Positions 22,722 to 36,200 of a stretch of DNA of 64,000 nt are shown piece after piece. The notes under the pieces were generated by a model that saw only the letters and a program-made list of their open reading frames with translations, did no database searches and had not been told where the DNA came from. Origin of the DNA: Halocafeteria seosinensis (lineage: Eukaryota); NCBI GenBank assembly GCA_001687465.1, contig LVLI01000319.1, positions 1 to 64,000 of the forward strand, in the 5' to 3' direction. Position 1 is the first letter of the stretch; every line of letters starts with the position of its first letter. The position numbers and the translations under genes were made by a program.

Positions 22722-24539
22722 CTAAAACTTAAACTCCTTGCTCCTTTTCGTTGAGGTTTGAGAAGTTGCACCGTCAGATCGTCTCCGTTTTGATCCAACT
22801 GCTTCTTCTTCATCATCGTCTTCATCATCGTTTTGTCGTGCAGCCTTGGACTTCGCTTTACGCACGGCGGCGCTATTGTCAGTTGTACCACCGCTTTCGC
22901 CCTTAATGTCATACTTGTAAGAGGTGCCTACCAGCGCATTGCCCACACCTGTTTGTTTCTGTTCCAGGACCCTGTAGAGTGGTTGTTGAGATGTGGTCTC
23001 AGGTGTCTCCATGCCATCCTTGTCGTCCGTTTTACGGACTTGAACAGAGGAAGCGGGTGTTTGCATACCCGTCATATCGGAAACGACACTGGCAGTGCCA
23101 TCTGCAGGGGTGGCTGTACCCAACGTCGTGGCACTCTCGTCTTGTTGCTCTTCCCCCTCTTGCTGCTGTCCAGCTTCTTCCTCTTCTTCACTTTCAATAT
23201 CGCTAATACTCTCAGCTTCTCCCCATCTATTATCGTCTAAAGGAGCTTCGCCCTCGCCCCCGGATGCAACATTTTGGGCATTATCGTGTTGCTGCTGTTT
23301 AGTACCGAAGACATCTCCGTATATCGGTTCCCCAAACTCATCTACTGGTGGTTTGCCCCACCCGCCGGGATGATATCCAAAGCTCGCTCCTTCCGGAATT
23401 GGTGCATTAAGCCCTGGGATGTTCAAGTTCGGGTAGCTTGGTGGAGGCCCGTACCGTTGCATGTTAATCAGCCACGGTGGTGGAGCCCCTTCAGGCATTC
23501 CAAGTGCACTTTTTAAGCGAGGCGACAAAACTCCTGGTACCTTGTCATCGTAGCGAACTTCAAACTCCTTTCCTTCATAATGTAGATCGCCGTGTCCAGT
23601 CATCTTTGGTTTTGTTTGATGTCGGAAGAACGCATCATGCAGCACCTCATAATCAATTTCAATTCTACCCATCTTGGGGCGAATCTTTTCCCTTTGTCGC
23701 TGTTTGATTGATTTCGCCTGATCTTGTTCTTCAGCTGTTCCTCTAATCCTGGAAATACCCGTGGCTTCAATGAAGTGGGGAAGTTTGTAGGGCGCTTTCT
23801 CCATACCCGTTTTCCCCTGTAAATATCTTCTTTTGTATTGCCAATGTTGTGGAACAGGTACTGCATTTCTGTAAGATTTCAGATGAACCAGCAAAGTTGG
23901 GTCAGAAGCGCTGACATCATGGACCTCCACAACATCAGGATTGTCCACTATGCGTTTGAGCTCGGCAACAGTCAAGCGAGTAAGTTGTTTTCGCTTTCTG
24001 TGACTAAGCTTGCTTTCATCTAAGTCCTCGGGGTTTATCTCGTCGCCTCCTGCTTCATCTGTACTAGTTTTGGCCTTTTCGTTACTTCGTTGATCATTTG
24101 CTCCTTCCGTGGTTTGACTCTTTTGCTCAGTACTTTCCTGTTGCTCTTGCTCCTTTTCTTGTTCCATCAATTCATCCGGTCCCATAAATTTGGCGATGAC
24201 ATCGGCCAGTTCTTCATACTCTGTCCCTTGCAAATCATCGGGATTCGTGTCTCTAACAAACGCCTCTGTACCCGCATCCTCCATCTCGTTGTCGTCCTGT
24301 GTTTGGCCATTTTGGCTCCCGGTGTCCTGGGTCTGCTGCTGCTCGTGGTACTGTTTCAATTGCTGCTTTCTCTCCTTCTTCTTAAGTCTCCGTTTCTGAG
24401 CTTTGGTTAGACGTCCTCCTTTCCCTTTACCATTCGTCTTTGTATTGCTTACATGGCTTTGCTCATCTCCATTCACCTCCTCGTGTGTATTCGACGAAGA
24501 TGCCTCCTCCCGAGTCTTTCCCCTCGTTGTCGTGACCAT
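22722..24539 (-). CDS. SF3B2: U2 snRNP splicing factor 3B subunit 2 (SAP145/Cus1), intronless
   Basis: RLTVAELKRIVDNPDVVEVHDVSASDPTLLVHLKSYRNAVPVPQHW (DUF382), PPPWLINMQRYGPPPSYPNLNIPGLNAPIP...GWGKPPVDE (PSP domain) and C-terminal KEFKF. Confidence 0.97.
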   Translation of the reverse strand: MVTTTRGKTREEASSSNTHEEVNGDEQSHVSNTKTNGKGKGGRLTKAQKRRLKKKERKQQLKQYHEQQQTQDTGSQNGQTQDDNEMEDAGTEAFVRDTNPDDLQGTEYEELADVIAKFMGPDELMEQEKEQEQQESTEQKSQTTEGANDQRSNEKAKTSTDEAGGDEINPEDLDESKLSHRKRKQLTRLTVAELKRIVDNPDVVEVHDVSASDPTLLVHLKSYRNAVPVPQHWQYKRRYLQGKTGMEKAPYKLPHFIEATGISRIRGTAEEQDQAKSIKQRQREKIRPKMGRIEIDYEVLHDAFFRHQTKPKMTGHGDLHYEGKEFEVRYDDKVPGVLSPRLKSALGMPEGAPPPWLINMQRYGPPPSYPNLNIPGLNAPIPEGASFGYHPGGWGKPPVDEFGEPIYGDVFGTKQQQHDNAQNVASGGEGEAPLDDNRWGEAESISDIESEEEEEAGQQQEGEEQQDESATTLGTATPADGTASVVSDMTGMQTPASSVQVRKTDDKDGMETPETTSQQPLYRVLEQKQTGVGNALVGTSYKYDIKGESGGTTDNSAAVRKAKSKAARQNDDEDDDEEEAVGSKRRRSDGATSQTSTKRSKEFKF

Positions 24540-25408
24540 TTCCTGTGGAGTCGGTACACCAACCCTCTACTACACTGGTCTCTTTTTTTTCTTCTTCAAT
24601 CAGTCTCTTTTGCCCCCAAATTGCACCATTCATACGCCTCGAACCTATAGCATTGCAGTGGCAAGAGGTCAAATTCCCCGAATCCGGGCGAAGAGCCCGG
24701 TTTCGGGCACAGACCCGGGCCGGGAGTCCGAGACCCCCATACCGTGTCGCGATCTGCGCGTTACCTTTTGCAATTCATGTGTTTGTCTTGGTGCTGAAAC
24801 TCGAAACAATATCGTGTCTACACCTCAATCCTTTCTGAGTGTGTTTGTGTTTTGTGTATACGTGTAACTCTCGCTCTACGCACTTGCACGAGGTCGAAGG
24901 AAACCGTGCGGGAAGAGGTAAGTGGGTTCGGGCCGAACCAGCTCCTGTTGAAGCTTGCCCAAAAAAGGTTTCAAGGGGACAGTCAAGGGGGAGACAAGGA
25001 TAGTGGTGAGACTCTTCTGAGAGGGATAGTGTTGGTATTCCGTGTTAAAATCATGGGTTGGATCCATCGATTCCCTACAATGGGCAAGGTTTCCCATACC
25101 AGTGAGAACCTATCACTTCTGTGTTAATCTTGGCATTTCTTAGTCTGCAGATTCCTCGTCAACACGGACGAGTGGGAGGCGGATAAAGGCGAAAGAAAGA
25201 AAAGCAATTTCACCCTCCTTTGTGCTGTATACGCCTCGTTTTATTGATCTCTTCAGGCGTACACAAGGCCTATCTTTAGTTTTCTATTGGATGGACATCC
25301 TGAGAGTGTGGGCAAAGACTTGAGTGGAGTGATATAAGGCATCAAGAAACGGCAACAAACGCCCTCCGTGTGTGCGGAAACGAGAAACTAGACTGCTCAG
25401 GGCTGCAA

Positions 25409-28400
25409 ATGAGGATGAGGGTGGGACGATACCCCTATGGATTCATCACGCTCTTTGTAGTGCTGGTGCTGTGCTCCTGTCTCCCAGCATCGCCGGTCGA
25501 AGGGTCCGGCCCATCGTTCCGCAGAGGTACGTTTCCGTCAGCAACACGTGGTTGCTAATTGCTTCTGTCATGTTCCCGATCTGTGCTTTCCAGACCAAGT
25601 GAGAGATGGTTCGCGCGATCGCCGGCTGGAAGGAGAACATAAGCAACTACGGTTCGGTGATGATGGTGTTTCCATCCGCCTTCCAGCAATGCGACAACAG
25701 GTCTATTACTACTACAAGTTTCCTAATACAACTGCTTATTGGGAAGGTAATGCCGAGCCCGGGGTCGAACTATTTTATGAGAACGCCGCATCTGCTTTTG
25801 AGAACGTTGACCTCGGTTGTGGACTAACATTCCACGAAGGAATTGTGGAGGATGCTTTCATCGAAGGTTTCGTTACCAAGGAATGCACGGACGACATTCC
25901 CCTACTGTTGGCAGCCCACAGAGACGGGGTTATCGCAAAAAAGGAAGTCATTATTAAGAAAGAAGAAGAATCTGAGGGATGTGTGTGGAGGTTTGATGGT
26001 TCCAAACAAGTGGACTGGAACAGTAGACCTGCTTGGATGTCTTGGGAGCCTCCCTCCACGCAAGACTTGGTGGTATTCTCTGGTGTTGAACACCTCACCA
26101 GTATCGCAAGCGGCGAGTTCGCTGTTGCTGGAGGGGTTGTGTTTGAATGGGACGATAGTCAGAGCAAACCGCAACTTCACATTGAGCCGGATTCGGATTT
26201 CTTTATTTTCGGTATCTCGAAGGAAAAATATCTTGATTGGAAGGAATGTGATGGACTTAACCAACCAAGTCCGACACCATCGGCCGCGCCTTACACTGTG
26301 CCATTTGAGGAAAACGTCGAAGACGAACCAGCTTTCCTCAATGAGTGGGTCCAAGGCAATCTTAGTCTGAGCTTCGCGGGCGGTGACATTGGTGCACCAC
26401 CTGCTGGAAGTGAATTGACTCTTATGATTACTAGTGTCCCAGGCAAGACTTGGAGACTTCGATCCACCAGGGATTGGATCGATCTTGAGTACGATATCGG
26501 ATCAGGTGATGACAACGTAACCGTTTCTCTCCTGGACACGGAAAGGACGACTGAACCTCAACTGTATGAAGGCTCGATCGTCATCGTGATGGATGACTTT
26601 TCTCGGATTGTTGACAGCATCGAGGTGAGGATGGAAATCGTTCGGCCGATTTTACAGATTTCTCCAGGTACACTCACACAGGTCCTTTTTACGGGTACGA
26701 ACGGCACCACAGGCTTGGTTTTATCGAATGATGCGCCAGAGCACGACTCGGACGACGAGTTGCTAGAAGATTTGTCCACGCTACGTTTTACCGTCCATTT
26801 GGAACAACTTACCCCCGAGAACGATTCATGGGCTTTTTTTGGCTCGATTGAGGCTGACGACGGGCAAACGCCTTGTGAAGTGTTGCCTGATGGTGGCCGA
26901 AATTGTAACCTTAAACCTCAGAGAGGTTTGCGACTCGATATGGAAGCACTGGCGGCATCGTTACCCCGTGGAGATTATGAAGCAAGAGTTGTCATTGTTG
27001 CCGAAACATATAGTGAGGACTTTGTAGTCAATTGGATAGTTCGCGTCGCCCGTTTCAATGTTTGTCCGGATTCGTTTTCCGCGAGGTTGGGTCCTGGGGA
27101 AGTTGATTCGCGAACTTTTAGTATCTCTAATTTATCCCCATCGGAGCCCTTGCCAATGGCCATAGACTTAAGTGGCACTGCCCCTTGGATATCCGTTTTG
27201 TCCTTCCCGCATACTTTGCAGTCTGGTGGTGTACCCCACTTTGCCACCATCTCGATTAAGAACATCCCGGATTTTTCGGGTGCGAGTGAATTGCAGACCA
27301 CTTTCGATCTGATCAGTGGCGTGTCTTCTAACAAATCGAGTATTGGCGTGATTGACGGTGAGTCTCTGGAGGAGTTTGCGGACATCAGTAGACGAACCGT
27401 CAATGTTACCCTTATAAGAACGAGCGGCACTATAGATGCCCAAAGATCATCCCTCCGTCTTAATGTGACTCAAAGAGAGTCTTCCGTTACTGCGACTGCA
27501 GAAATCTTTCTGCGGGACAGCATTCAGCAGCTTGTACCTCTGGGTGGAGCTATTCCGGGCGATCTGGAAGTCTCTAGCACAATCTGGGGTAGAGAGTCAT
27601 CCGCTGATCTTGAGGTAGATCTAAGGATCGACGACGACACTGAAGGCACTGTTATCGTTACCATTCGCCCAGATCGAGTAGGCATGGTGGAGGTTAGTGT
27701 CAAGTATGCGGGCCAACATATAGATGGTAGCCCAATGTTCAGAGCTGTTGAGGAAGCCATATGTTCTGACCCGACTCAAATCCAAACGCGTTCCAGGATG
27801 GAATGTCATTGTAAGGCGGGGTACGAGCCGCCGGAAGATGATCAAAGTACGGAGGAGAGCTGCGTGAAATGCGAACAAGGGTATATGAAGTCAGCTGCTG
27901 GTAATGACCAATGCGTGCCGTGTGGAGAAGACGAATTCTCTTGGGAAGGGGCAACAAGCTGCACTGCTTGTCCTCCGGCAGGTGCAGTATGTGATGATGG
28001 TACCCTCCGATTGAGAGATGGTTACTGGAGGGAAGAAGACATCGGTATAAAAGACATTGACGAAAGTACCATACTCCACGAATGCGATAATCAGGATATC
28101 TGCCTCGTCGCGCGCAACGAGTCGGGCCGACCAGCTCAGTGTGCCGAGGGACACAAGGGCGTCTTGTGTGACACGTGCGAACCCAATTATGCCAAGAGTG
28201 GTTCCGTTTGTTTGAAGTGTGGTGATCGGAGCACGAACATTGCCATAACCGTGCTCCTTATTCTCGCATTCGCACTGGTTGTGATGTTCATTGCTTTAAA
28301 GAAAAAGGACCAGAAGGACCCCAAGACTTCGCCAGCAACTCTCGCTCGTCTTACGGTAAACTGGCTACAAGCATGTGCAATGTTAAGCGAATTCACAATT

Positions 28401-30056
28401 CAGGTGTTTGACGAAGTGCAAACGATGCTCAGTATTGGCGAGTCTGCGAATGGCGGATCGGCAATCTCTTTACACACCGTGCAATGCGTTCTGCAGTTTG
28501 ATTACTTCACAAAATTCTATATCATCTTCAGTATACCGGTGATAGCCGTCATTTTACCATCTCTGATTGTGGGGATCCTCCTATTGAGAGACAAAATTTT
28601 AGGTACCGATCCATTCAAAGCTGTGGCAGCGGAGGACACTGACGAAAAGACGGCGGAGCCCGAGTCGCCTTTCCAGAAATATTCTAACGCAGCCATGTCA
28701 GCCATTGTGGCGCTTCAGTTTTTATCCTACAATACAGTGTTAAAGTTTATTGTAAGTTCGTGGGATTTCTATCCGTACGAAATAAACGGATCGCGGCATC
28801 TTCGTTCCGACTTTTCGGTAACGGAGGACGATCCTCAATACAAGGTTGTTTTTGCCCTATCGTTGATTGGGACCGTATTCTACATTATAGGCATCCCACT
28901 ACTGGGTTTCCGAGTTTTGACAAACAACCGGCGAAAACTCTCAAATATCGTAGTCAGGAGGAGGTTTGGATTTTTATACGAGGGGTACCGTCGAGACCGA
29001 TTTCTGTTTGTGGTATGGGAAATAATAGTGCTCCTGCGGAAGACTAGCTTAACAATGATATCCATTTTGATCAACAACGGGCTTCTGCAATTGAGCAGTG
29101 GTATTTTTGTGTTGTTCGTCGCCATGGTGCTTCAAGAATCAGTACGCCCGTACGTGTCCAAGACAGCCAATCGTCTTGAACTAGCAAGTCTTTGTGTGTT
29201 ACTGTCGACGGCTGTTGCGGCACTGATCAACTATTCTACAACTGTCAGGGATGACGAAGGGGCACAGTTTGGGGTAGCCGTTACCGTCATTATCATGAAC
29301 GCGTGTATTGCAGTGGCCTTCGCAGTCACACTTGTTATTTTATCGAGTAAGAAAGTGATGGAGTTCTGGGCGGTGCTGGTGGAAAAGTGCAACAAGAAGA
29401 CAAAGGAATGGAGGGAAGCTATATCTGGCCAGATAGTTAGCGAGGAAATATCGGACTCAGTAGACCGGCTTATCAAAGGAGAGCGAGTGGAGACGAAGAC
29501 GCTTGTCAATGTCTTCAGTGGGAGTCTTGGTGCCCTACGGCAACTTTTAGCCGACAAAGAAGCGATACCTGCGCAGGCGAGATCGATCTTGGAGGAAACA
29601 GCTGAAATTTTAGAGCAACAACAGTCAACACACTCCCAGAAAGCTCGGCGAGTGTCGCTTGAAACAGCGCAAAAGCAAGGATGGTTACAGAATACTGAGG
29701 AGGAGACGGCAGGCAGCATGTTTGCAAACCCTCTGACCCAACGAACTAAGAAGACAGCTAAGAGCCCTGAGGAGAAGAGCGAGCTGGCGCAAGCGCGATG
29801 GCGCAAGATCAGGGTATACGTCAAGATGTTCGGAGCTATGGGTGTATTGTCTCGCGGCGAACAAAAAGCGCTTGAGAGAGAGCAACAAGAACAAAAAGTT
29901 CTTGCCGCGTCTGGGAAGCGAGTTCCTGCTGGAGATCGCCGTAGTACTTTTAGACCCGAGCCAAAGAGGAAGAGCTCGGCTGTATCCAGCCGCTCGTTAT
30001 TGGGCCGTCCAAGTCGCGCCTTCCAGCCTCAGGCTAGCAATAGGCGGCAGTTCTGA
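25409..30056 (+). CDS. Large signal-peptide, multi-pass membrane receptor-like protein (Ig/BACON-like beta modules, filamin-like domain, GCC2/GCC3-type Cys-rich repeats, multiple TM helices); intron approx. 25527-25593
   Basis: Signal-like FITLFVVLVLCSC; GTVIVTIRPDRVGMVEVSVKYAGQHIDGSP (filamin-like); CVKCEQGY...CVPCGEDEF...CTACPPAGAVC; CAEGHKGVLCDTCEPNY; TM region with RRRFGFLYEGYRR...WEIIVLLRK and RPY...NRLE, typical of a large protist membrane-protein family. Confidence 0.85.
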
Positions 30057-30074
30057 TTAATTTGCTGTGTGATT

Positions 30075-31585
30075 TTACACTTCCATTAACAGCGATCTGC
30101 TCACTATCAGTCGCATAATCTCGTTAGTTCCTTCTAGGATTTGATGCACGCGACAATCCCTTAGGTGTCGCTCAATCGGGTAATCTCGGAGGTAGCCGTA
30201 TCCTCCGTGAAGCTGAAGCGCACCATCGCAAATGTGGAAGCCGTTATCAGTCGCTAGTCTTTTTGCCATCGCAGCATATGCACGGGCATTGGGATCTTTG
30301 TTGTCTAGCATTGTGGCAGCTTGACGAACTAACAGTCGTGCGCTGACGAGAGAAGTCGTCATATCTGCCAAGCTGAATTGTAAAGCTTGATTCTGTGATA
30401 ATGGTTGACCGAATTGCTTCCTCTGACTAATGTGCTCTCTTGCTAAGCGCAGGCTGTTTGTTGCCGCTCCTAAGCTACAGTTCGCTGCAAGATATATTTC
30501 GGTCCTTTATAAATGTGAAGACTATTGCATGCAGTGCATCTGTGAACGTACCAATGCTTAGTCTTCCTCCATCAAGGCCTTTCATTGCAATTTTGAATCC
30601 GTCACCTTCATCACCCAATCTGTTCTCCACAGGCACCCTACACTCATCAAAGGAGACAGCCCGTGTAGGTTGTGTGTTCCATCCTAGTTTACGTTCATTG
30701 GCGCCGAAAGATAGCCCTTCCGTATCCCCCGGTACAAGCAGACACGTGATACCGCTGGGTCCGGCATCTCCTGTACGGACCATGACGACATATACCTCAC
30801 TTCTTCCGCCTCCACTGATGAACATCTTGCTTCCATTGATAACATAGTAGTCTCCTTCGCGTCTGGCTTTCGTTTCCAAGGAGGCAGCGTCGGACCCAGC
30901 ATTGGGTTCAGTAAGGCAATATGAGGAAAAATGATTCATTGAAACCAAGTCAGGGAGCCACTTCTGTCTTTGTTCTCTGCGTTCTCACATGACGAACAAT
31001 ACAAGTACGCTGCTTGGCATGCTCTAAAGCCCCATCCCATAAACAGCTCACTCACTCTGTGCCGAAAGTATCAATCATCCACGCACACATGTTGTGTATC
31101 GTGAGATAGGCGGTAGTGCTCGTACATCCTCCTGCGAGGGCTTCAATGACAACTCCTCCGTCCAGACGAGTTAGTCCTGTGCCGCCGCTTTCTTCACGGA
31201 CAAACATCCCTCCGAAACCCAGTTCCGCAGCCTTCCTGAGTGTATCTTCTGGAAATATCTTCTCTTCGTCCCACTTGTCCGCATAGGGGGCCATTTCATT
31301 CTGGGCAAACTGGTTGGCCACTTCATAGAATTCACGCTGGTCTCCATTCAGTCCCACAGTTGCTGCAGCATCAACAAATAGAGAGAGAGAAGAGAAAATT
31401 TGAAGAAGGACAAAAAATGCTTGCTTTTGCGCGGTATGCCAACACGTACGTGACATAATGTCGGTGGAGGACCAAGCAAAGAAGCGCTTTGCCGTACTCC
31501 TTCTCAGCGATGGCTGATGCGAGCACACACGAAATGCGCTCTTGCGCCCAGCGTGGTACCGTCCAAGGGCTAAAAAGCTCGACAT
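30075..31585 (-). CDS. ACAD8: Isobutyryl-CoA dehydrogenase (acyl-CoA dehydrogenase family), mitochondrial, multi-exon
   Basis: [95 protein letters not shown]. Confidence 0.95.
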
Positions 31586-31787
31586 CTCTAATTTTCCCTC
31601 TCTAGTCAACAATATGCCTGTGTATAGAGGGCACCTGAGTTGCGTCAGAACACTTCCAACGACAAAGTATCCAAGTGGCAGAGACCGCACACAGGAGTGC
31701 AACTTCCGCCATCTACACCAGCGGGAAAAAAAGGGAAAAGAAACGAATAAATCAATCATGAACTATAGCTCTAAAATGTGGCGTGCA

Positions 31788-33244
31788 TGCACAGATTGAC
31801 TCCACGTGGTAAGTGAAACTTTTGATTGTTTGCTGGCGCTTCTGCTCCATTTCCGAAGCCGCAAAGATCGCCGAATTGTCAACCCAGACACGGGTACTCA
31901 GGAAGTAAGAAAGAAAACGTCCGTGTGTGTATTCAGACTGAGCATCTCTCTCGTCTCTTGTTGCATTGTGTCGAACTTGACGTCAGCAGGAGAAATAACG
32001 CGCATTTCGATTGGCACCCAACTTCAACTTATTCATTATCCTTTACTGGAGTTGCCTCATTCATTTGCACCCATTGGGAAATTGGTACGAAGATATCTTG
32101 GAGATTTCTGATGAAGCAGGCTTCCTATTCGACGACAAGTAGAGGTGGACAACCCAACGCAACGTTTCCCGTCCACGACGCGGAATTGTTGGCCAAGACT
32201 CGCAAGGACGCTTTGGCCGATGGTACGATCCCGACACCCCGGGACAAGCAAGTGCATCAGCAGAATAAACCCGAGCCAGAATTAGAAGAATTCGATCGCG
32301 TTCCGACAGAGACATGGCTCGAATTGTACCAGAACTTGCACACTACCTACACACAATTTGGGCGACGGTTGGACCCAAATCCTCCAGCTGCAAGTAAGTC
32401 GGTGATGAAGCACGTTGCCATTTTCAGCATGTAAGCACACCCATGTAATGTGATACAGATATCCACAAGGCGGAAACAGGAGCACCTTGGAGACGTGAAG
32501 GAGAACGAAGAGTGGCCGAAGCAAATCGACGAGCTCAACCTGAGTTGGAACGAAGGCGAGCTGTGGGTCTGGCGCGTCAAACCTCGAGTGGGCTATGGAA
32601 CGCTTTCGGAATCCATTATGACTACTCTGATTTAGCTCCAATACTTAGCGACGCTATTAAACTCAAAGAGAAAGCTGCTCGGCAAGACAAAGAGTACAGG
32701 AGGAAGCTGGAAGAGGTTCTGGCGAGGAGAAAGGCTGCGGAGGAAAAACAACGCGAACGTATTGCAGCGGAAGTAGAACATGAAGAAAGAGAGCGAGTCA
32801 AGCAAGAGAAACTAGAAAAGATAAAGCAAGAACAGCAAGAGCAGCAGAAACAGAAGACAGCAAAGAAGAAGCCTGCTTCTGGAAAATCGAAGAAGTCTAA
32901 TGAATCAGCACAAGAAACTCAGCCGCAGGAGGTAGAGCTATCTCAGGAAGATGAGGCCAGCATTCAGTCAGCAGTAGAACAGGCATTAAAACAAATAGAT
33001 TTATCAGATGAATACCCCGCTCCTAAGCAACCGGAACTGACACAAAAGGAGTCAGAATATATCCAGTTGGCAGATGCAGCGTTTAAATTCGGTAAGCTAT
33101 ATATGCATTGGGTAGTCGCACTGACAAGCTGTAGACACAGTGTCATTTGCAGATTTGCGCAAAGTCAAAACCTTGTTGAAACTGAAGGCAAAAGATAACT
33201 CAGATACTATACTAGCCCCCGAAATGGCAGAAACGACCTACTAG
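31788..33244 (+). CDS. Hypothetical protein with central charged coiled coil (5' exon structure uncertain)
   Basis: Long open frames 31826-32434 and 32512-33198 are joined by GT-AG introns and include a K/E/Q-rich helical stretch. A predicted last intron 33092-33152 extends the CDS to TAG at 33242-33244. No family recognised. Confidence 0.6.
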
Positions 33245-36200
33245 GCCCGCGTGAAGAGAAACTTCATATCCTTTTCCGTGAGTTTGGATAATTCGCCTTC
33301 GTTCTGACCTACAGTCCCTTCGAAAATAAGGCGTTTTTTCTCTTGGAGCGCAATGATCCGCTCTTCTATCGAGTCCTTGATCATAAACCGAACGGCATTG
33401 ATAGGGCGATATTGGCCTAGGCGGTGTGTTCGGTCCAGGGCCTGGTACTCCGCAGCGGGATTCCACCAGGGGTCCATCAGATAAATTCTATGAGCCGCCG
33501 TGAGGTTTAACGCCAACCCTCCCGCTTTTAAGGAAACTAAGAACACCTGAATGATAATCAATCATTAATTCGGTTGCAATCGTTTAAGTGGTTTAGCGAC
33601 GGGAGATGACGTGTTCTTACCGTTACATCGGGGTCCGTCATGAAAGCATGAACCATACGGTCCCGCTGTTTAACCGACATCCTACCATCTAGCCTGACAG
33701 CCTGAACACCTGCCATCGACAAGCGATGCTGTATCAAGTCTAGCATGTTCGTGAACTGAGAGAAAACCAATGATTTTCCTCCCGGATCGTTTACCCGCGC
33801 TTTATATAGCTCCTGTATTTCGATTTGAATACAACTTCCACTCGAGCTTGACAAAGTACGAAACAATGATGCACTCACCTCCAATAGAGCTTCAATCTTA
33901 CTGCTACTCCTGAAGCCTTTTCCGATGCGTTCCGGAGGTAGTCTCGCTAGCATAGACTTGGATCTCAACACTCCAAGAGCCGACAGATATGCATCAGACA
34001 CACGATCTGCTCCCGCATTCATTGCTGCTAGGGATGCTGTTTGACGGCTGTTCACATTGAGTATTTGTTGTGATGACGTTTGCACATCGGTATCCTCCGT
34101 CACTGAATCCTCCAAATTATTCGTCTCGGCCGTCTGTAGAGACTGTGTGGGATCTTCATTCCTCAAATCCACGGTCAGCGGCGCGAAACACTTTGGGCAC
34201 TGCAGCTCCCCAGCTGATAAATCAATCGATGACAGAAAGTCACGCATACAAGTGCGGCAAAACGGGTGGTTGCAGTTCGTAAGTACGGGATCCTCACATG
34301 CTTCATTGCAGATGCCGCAAGGCCCTGCCGTTGTGCTGCTCTGCAATGATTCTGTACCACTCTCAGATTGTCTCCCGTTAGCGTTTGAGTATAGGACCAA
34401 ATATGGATGGTCTACCGCTTGCCGCAAACGAACTAGTAAGTCAAATATGTGCGCATAATTATGAAGGACAGTTCCAGATTGCACATACGTATTAAATTTC
34501 GCCTGTGATTGTGTGTAGAGCGCTTCATAGAAATCCTTCTCAAACGGGTCCATCGGACTGACACGAATCGTGGTCACCTTTGGAGGAAGTGAAAGTTCGC
34601 TGGAACGGGATGTTTTGGTGCGCCGCAGTAATATATGAGTCAACACGTCACTTCTTAAGGTGTTAAGAGCCTTTTCCACAGCTTCTTCGCCAGTGTGAAA
34701 CCTTATGGGATTTGATATGAAGCGGTTCCACCAACAGTAATGCCTCAAAGGACTATGCCCACACTCGTCACAAGACTTCCAATTTGAACCGAACTTGTAG
34801 TCCAGCGTCTTGCACGGACAGTTTCGACAGAAGTAGTAGGCGAATGGGTCGACCCTCAAAAATCTAATTAGGCTGTACAGTTCCCCCACTCTGTTTTGGA
34901 GAGGGGTGCCACTTAAGCACCATCGTCTTTCAGCAGTCAATGCGAATGCAGCTTTTGCCGTTGTCGATCGACGGTTCTTGATAGCGTGAGCCTCATCCAA
35001 CACAATTCGCTTCCAGAACACACTCTGCAAAAGCGAAATAGGACCCAGTTGCGACACCGGATGGTTAGCGCTCTCGTTCGAACCGGCATGAGAACTGTCA
35101 GAATCCTGTTTTCCCGTTTCTATTCCTTTATTTGAACCAGTCCCTTTTTGATTCCTCGTAGGAGGTCGAGACCTGCGAACGCTATCGTTTTCGTCATCAG
35201 ACTCGCCACTAAATTCGGACTCGGAATCGTCCGACGCAGATTCTTGCTTCCTTGCCCGCTTCTTCGTACCTTCCTTCTTGCTTATCGGCTTCTTCGGGGT
35301 CGAACTTTTTTTGGGGCCACTTCCCTGTTTCGACGGATCTTTGATTGCGCTAGATGCTGCGGTTTTCCCACCTTTCTTATGTGAGGTAGAGTTATCCTTG
35401 GCCTTCTTCTTGGTTGCCTTTTTCGGGGATTTAGTTTCTTCGTCATCATCTTCCGAGGATGACAGTTCTTCATCATCTTCGTTGACTGCCGACTGAAGTT
35501 GTCTATGTGTCTGACGTGCGAATCGCCGAGCCACCCTAGTCGCCCGTCTCTCCGTCATCGCTAAGCGCTCTGTTCTTTCAGCATCCGGGCCACAGAAATA
35601 ACGAAGATGTATCTGCAAAATACCACGGAATATATTTTACAACCGAGAAGGCTCACCCCGTAGTACTTGTTCACGTACAGTCATCTTCTCAGGGAGTAAT
35701 TTCCGACCACAGTACTCGCAGACCTTTTTGGTAGGTTCTATCATCTTCCTGAACTCGTTCTCTATGATGGAATACGTCGTAAGCACTACGTCATAGCGCT
35801 TCAACTCTTCAGCCGATGAGCATCGGTTGGATCCGTGGTAAACCAGAACTTTGAGACTACCTGGAGCAGTGTGTCTCTCAATCTCAAGTTTCCATTGATT
35901 CAACGCCACAACGGGACACACTACTAGGGTTGTGTTACAAGCTTTCCCTTTTGGTTTTGGCAATACGATTCCACCAGATATAACATCGTTCATTTGCGCG
36001 GTTTGCTCAGGGAGTACTTGCGGAGGAACTTCCACGGGCTCCACCGGGATTTCTTCATCGGACAACTCCTCGTATATTTCCTCGTCTGGTTTCTTTTCTG
36101 GAAACGGAACATTCTCCTGGTTCTCAGATTTTCGGCTCTTCTTCGCTTGTTGCATTTGAGCTTTTTCTTGTTTGCGTGCTTCGCGGCGGGCATCACGTAA

